64,000 nt of DNA from Perna viridis (lineage: Eukaryota): contig CM074512.1 of assembly GCA_037379345.1 (NCBI GenBank), positions 61,959,597 through 62,023,596 on the forward strand, given 5' to 3'. The notes under the pieces are model-generated. The model was not told the DNA's origin, ran no database searches, and saw only the letters and a program-made list of their open reading frames with translations. Shown here piece after piece: positions 62,216 to 64,000 of the stretch. The position numbers and the translations under genes were made by a program. Each line of letters starts with the position of its first letter. Positions within the stretch are counted from its first letter, which is position 1.

Positions 62216-64000
62216 ATTTCTGTACCTGATTCAAGTACTACCTTGCTGATAATTTTATGCAGAAACTAAATGAGAACATTTTTGTCCTTAAATATACCAA
62301 ATACTCAGTTTAAATGATGTTAGATTCCCCTTTTTGGCATTTGTTTTTGCTACAGAAGTATAAGTGATTATAGGCATTCCATCTTTCATAAGAATAAAAT
62401 TTAAAACATTCTGGAAGATTGTTGATTGTATGCAAGCACATGCATCATGGTACATGTACTAACTAAACAACTGGATGGAATATTGGAGTCACCTTGTTTG
62501 TCATTAGGTCTGTTTGAATTTTGTCACAATTATCTCATGTATCAATGGATTTGTTGATTATAAATTTGGTATATGGCTTTATCAGAACTTTACCATTATG
62601 TTTCTCTTTTGACCATGTTTACTTCCAATTTCATCAATTTCCTCTTGTTTTGATGGGTTTGTAAAATAATGTCTGCTTTATATAAATTTGGTAACACATT
62701 GTAAGTGAATTTGGTTGCATTTTAACTTCCTACTTGATGGGACTTTCCCACTTTTTTCACTACATGAACTGATAGAGAATTGTTTATCATAAAAACTGGT
62801 TGAATCAAAATCAAGTGTAGTATTTGGCTTTATATATAGATTGTAAGTGATTTTTGTTGCTTATCACAACAAGGTATACAACTCCATGTTAAACATTGCC
62901 TAGTTTTGGGTTCTGAATGATATATATCTTGCTTGTCTGTCACTGTTGCCTTGTCTCATTGGATATGGCTGTTTCTGGTGATTGTTGTACTTGCTGGTTA
63001 ATATCTTATTTTTTGCTTTCATATAATATAAAAAGTGCTTAATTGTATCTAGATGAATCATGTCAAATCTGTGTACATCAGTCACCAATGGGACTTTCTA
63101 AATTCAAACATTATAGTGAGATAACCTCTAAAATGAGGATGTGGTTCTTTTTGCTTGTTTAATTAGTCATTAACAAGAAGAATTTCAAAGTGACTTTGAC
63201 CATGAATTTGACTTTCAGATGAAATAGTTAAATCAGTCACTCTTGGGACTTTAAAATATCAAACTAAATTGGGAGATAGCATAAAATGAGGGAGTCTTTC
63301 AAAAATCAGATTTTATTTGGAGATAATCTCTGTAATGAAGATGCAAGTCTATTTACTTGTTTAATAATCTGTGTGCAAGAAGAAATTCAAGGTGACCTTG
63401 AGTGTGGATTTGACTGTTTTCATCCATTACACAGCAGCTTGCCTATACACTGCACTGGATTCTCTTTACCATATATCTGATATTGTTGATATATTGATTT
63501 TGTGTCTGTAATGTACCAATCTCTGTAGTATTTGAAGTTATGAAATTGAATTCCTAAAGAAAATTACATTCATGTAAATAGGAAAGTCGTATAAAATGGA
63601 AAACAACATTTTAGTCTTACTGGTAGATCATTTAAAGTCCAACAAAGTAAAACTGTTGCTAATGTGGAAATTTTCTTTAAAGTCATTTGACATGGTTAAG
63701 GGCTGTTCAAGAATCATTTGTGGCAGGTTTGGATCAAGAAGTATTTTCCAGTAATGGGTTGTGGGCTTTTGTTTTGTAGAGAATAGAGAAAAACATCAAT
63801 TTTGATTTTTGGGTGGCAGAGTCTTGAAAAAAAATCTGATACACTCCCATATATTTAATACTGGAGCTGCAAATACCATTAAAATTTGTACCATACAAGT
63901 AATGACTTCTGTATTTTACATTGTTATAATCAACTCTTAACTTGTAGAATTTTATTGTTGTAGTTTTAAAGGATTTCAATTTTTTTGTGAATTGATTTGA

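Noticed and set aside
61760-64000. Searched for the first GUK exon (VLSYExV)
   Set aside because: Not found; presumably downstream of the window

Overview
AT-rich, CpG-depleted animal genomic DNA, probably a bivalve mollusc (oyster-like; inferred from the repeat families, not proven). The whole window lies inside one + strand gene, a Discs large (dlg1/SAP97-type MAGUK). Fourteen GT-AG coding exons between 13804 and 60275 splice into one open frame: linker, PDZ1, PDZ2, Pro-rich linker, PDZ3, SH3, HOOK and an I3-like insert. The N-terminal (L27) and GUK exons are not in the window. The most interesting signals are hidden isoform options the ORF track misses. Two CpG-rich candidate internal first exons (30221-30294 and 45687-45733) splice in frame and would give a PDZ1-truncated Dlg and a PDZ3-SH3-GUK-only Dlg. 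The HOOK region also holds a 27-nt stop-carrying microexon and a 6-nt microexon. The introns carry many minisatellites and nested transposons with visible target-site duplications (TSDs): a solo LTR, DNA MITEs, a Helentron-like element, two SINE-like copies with a structured non-tRNA head, and a Penelope-like 3' fragment followed by a palindrome-rich RNA junction. There are no prokaryotic features or CRISPR arrays. Nearly all ORFs in the supplied track are spurious.
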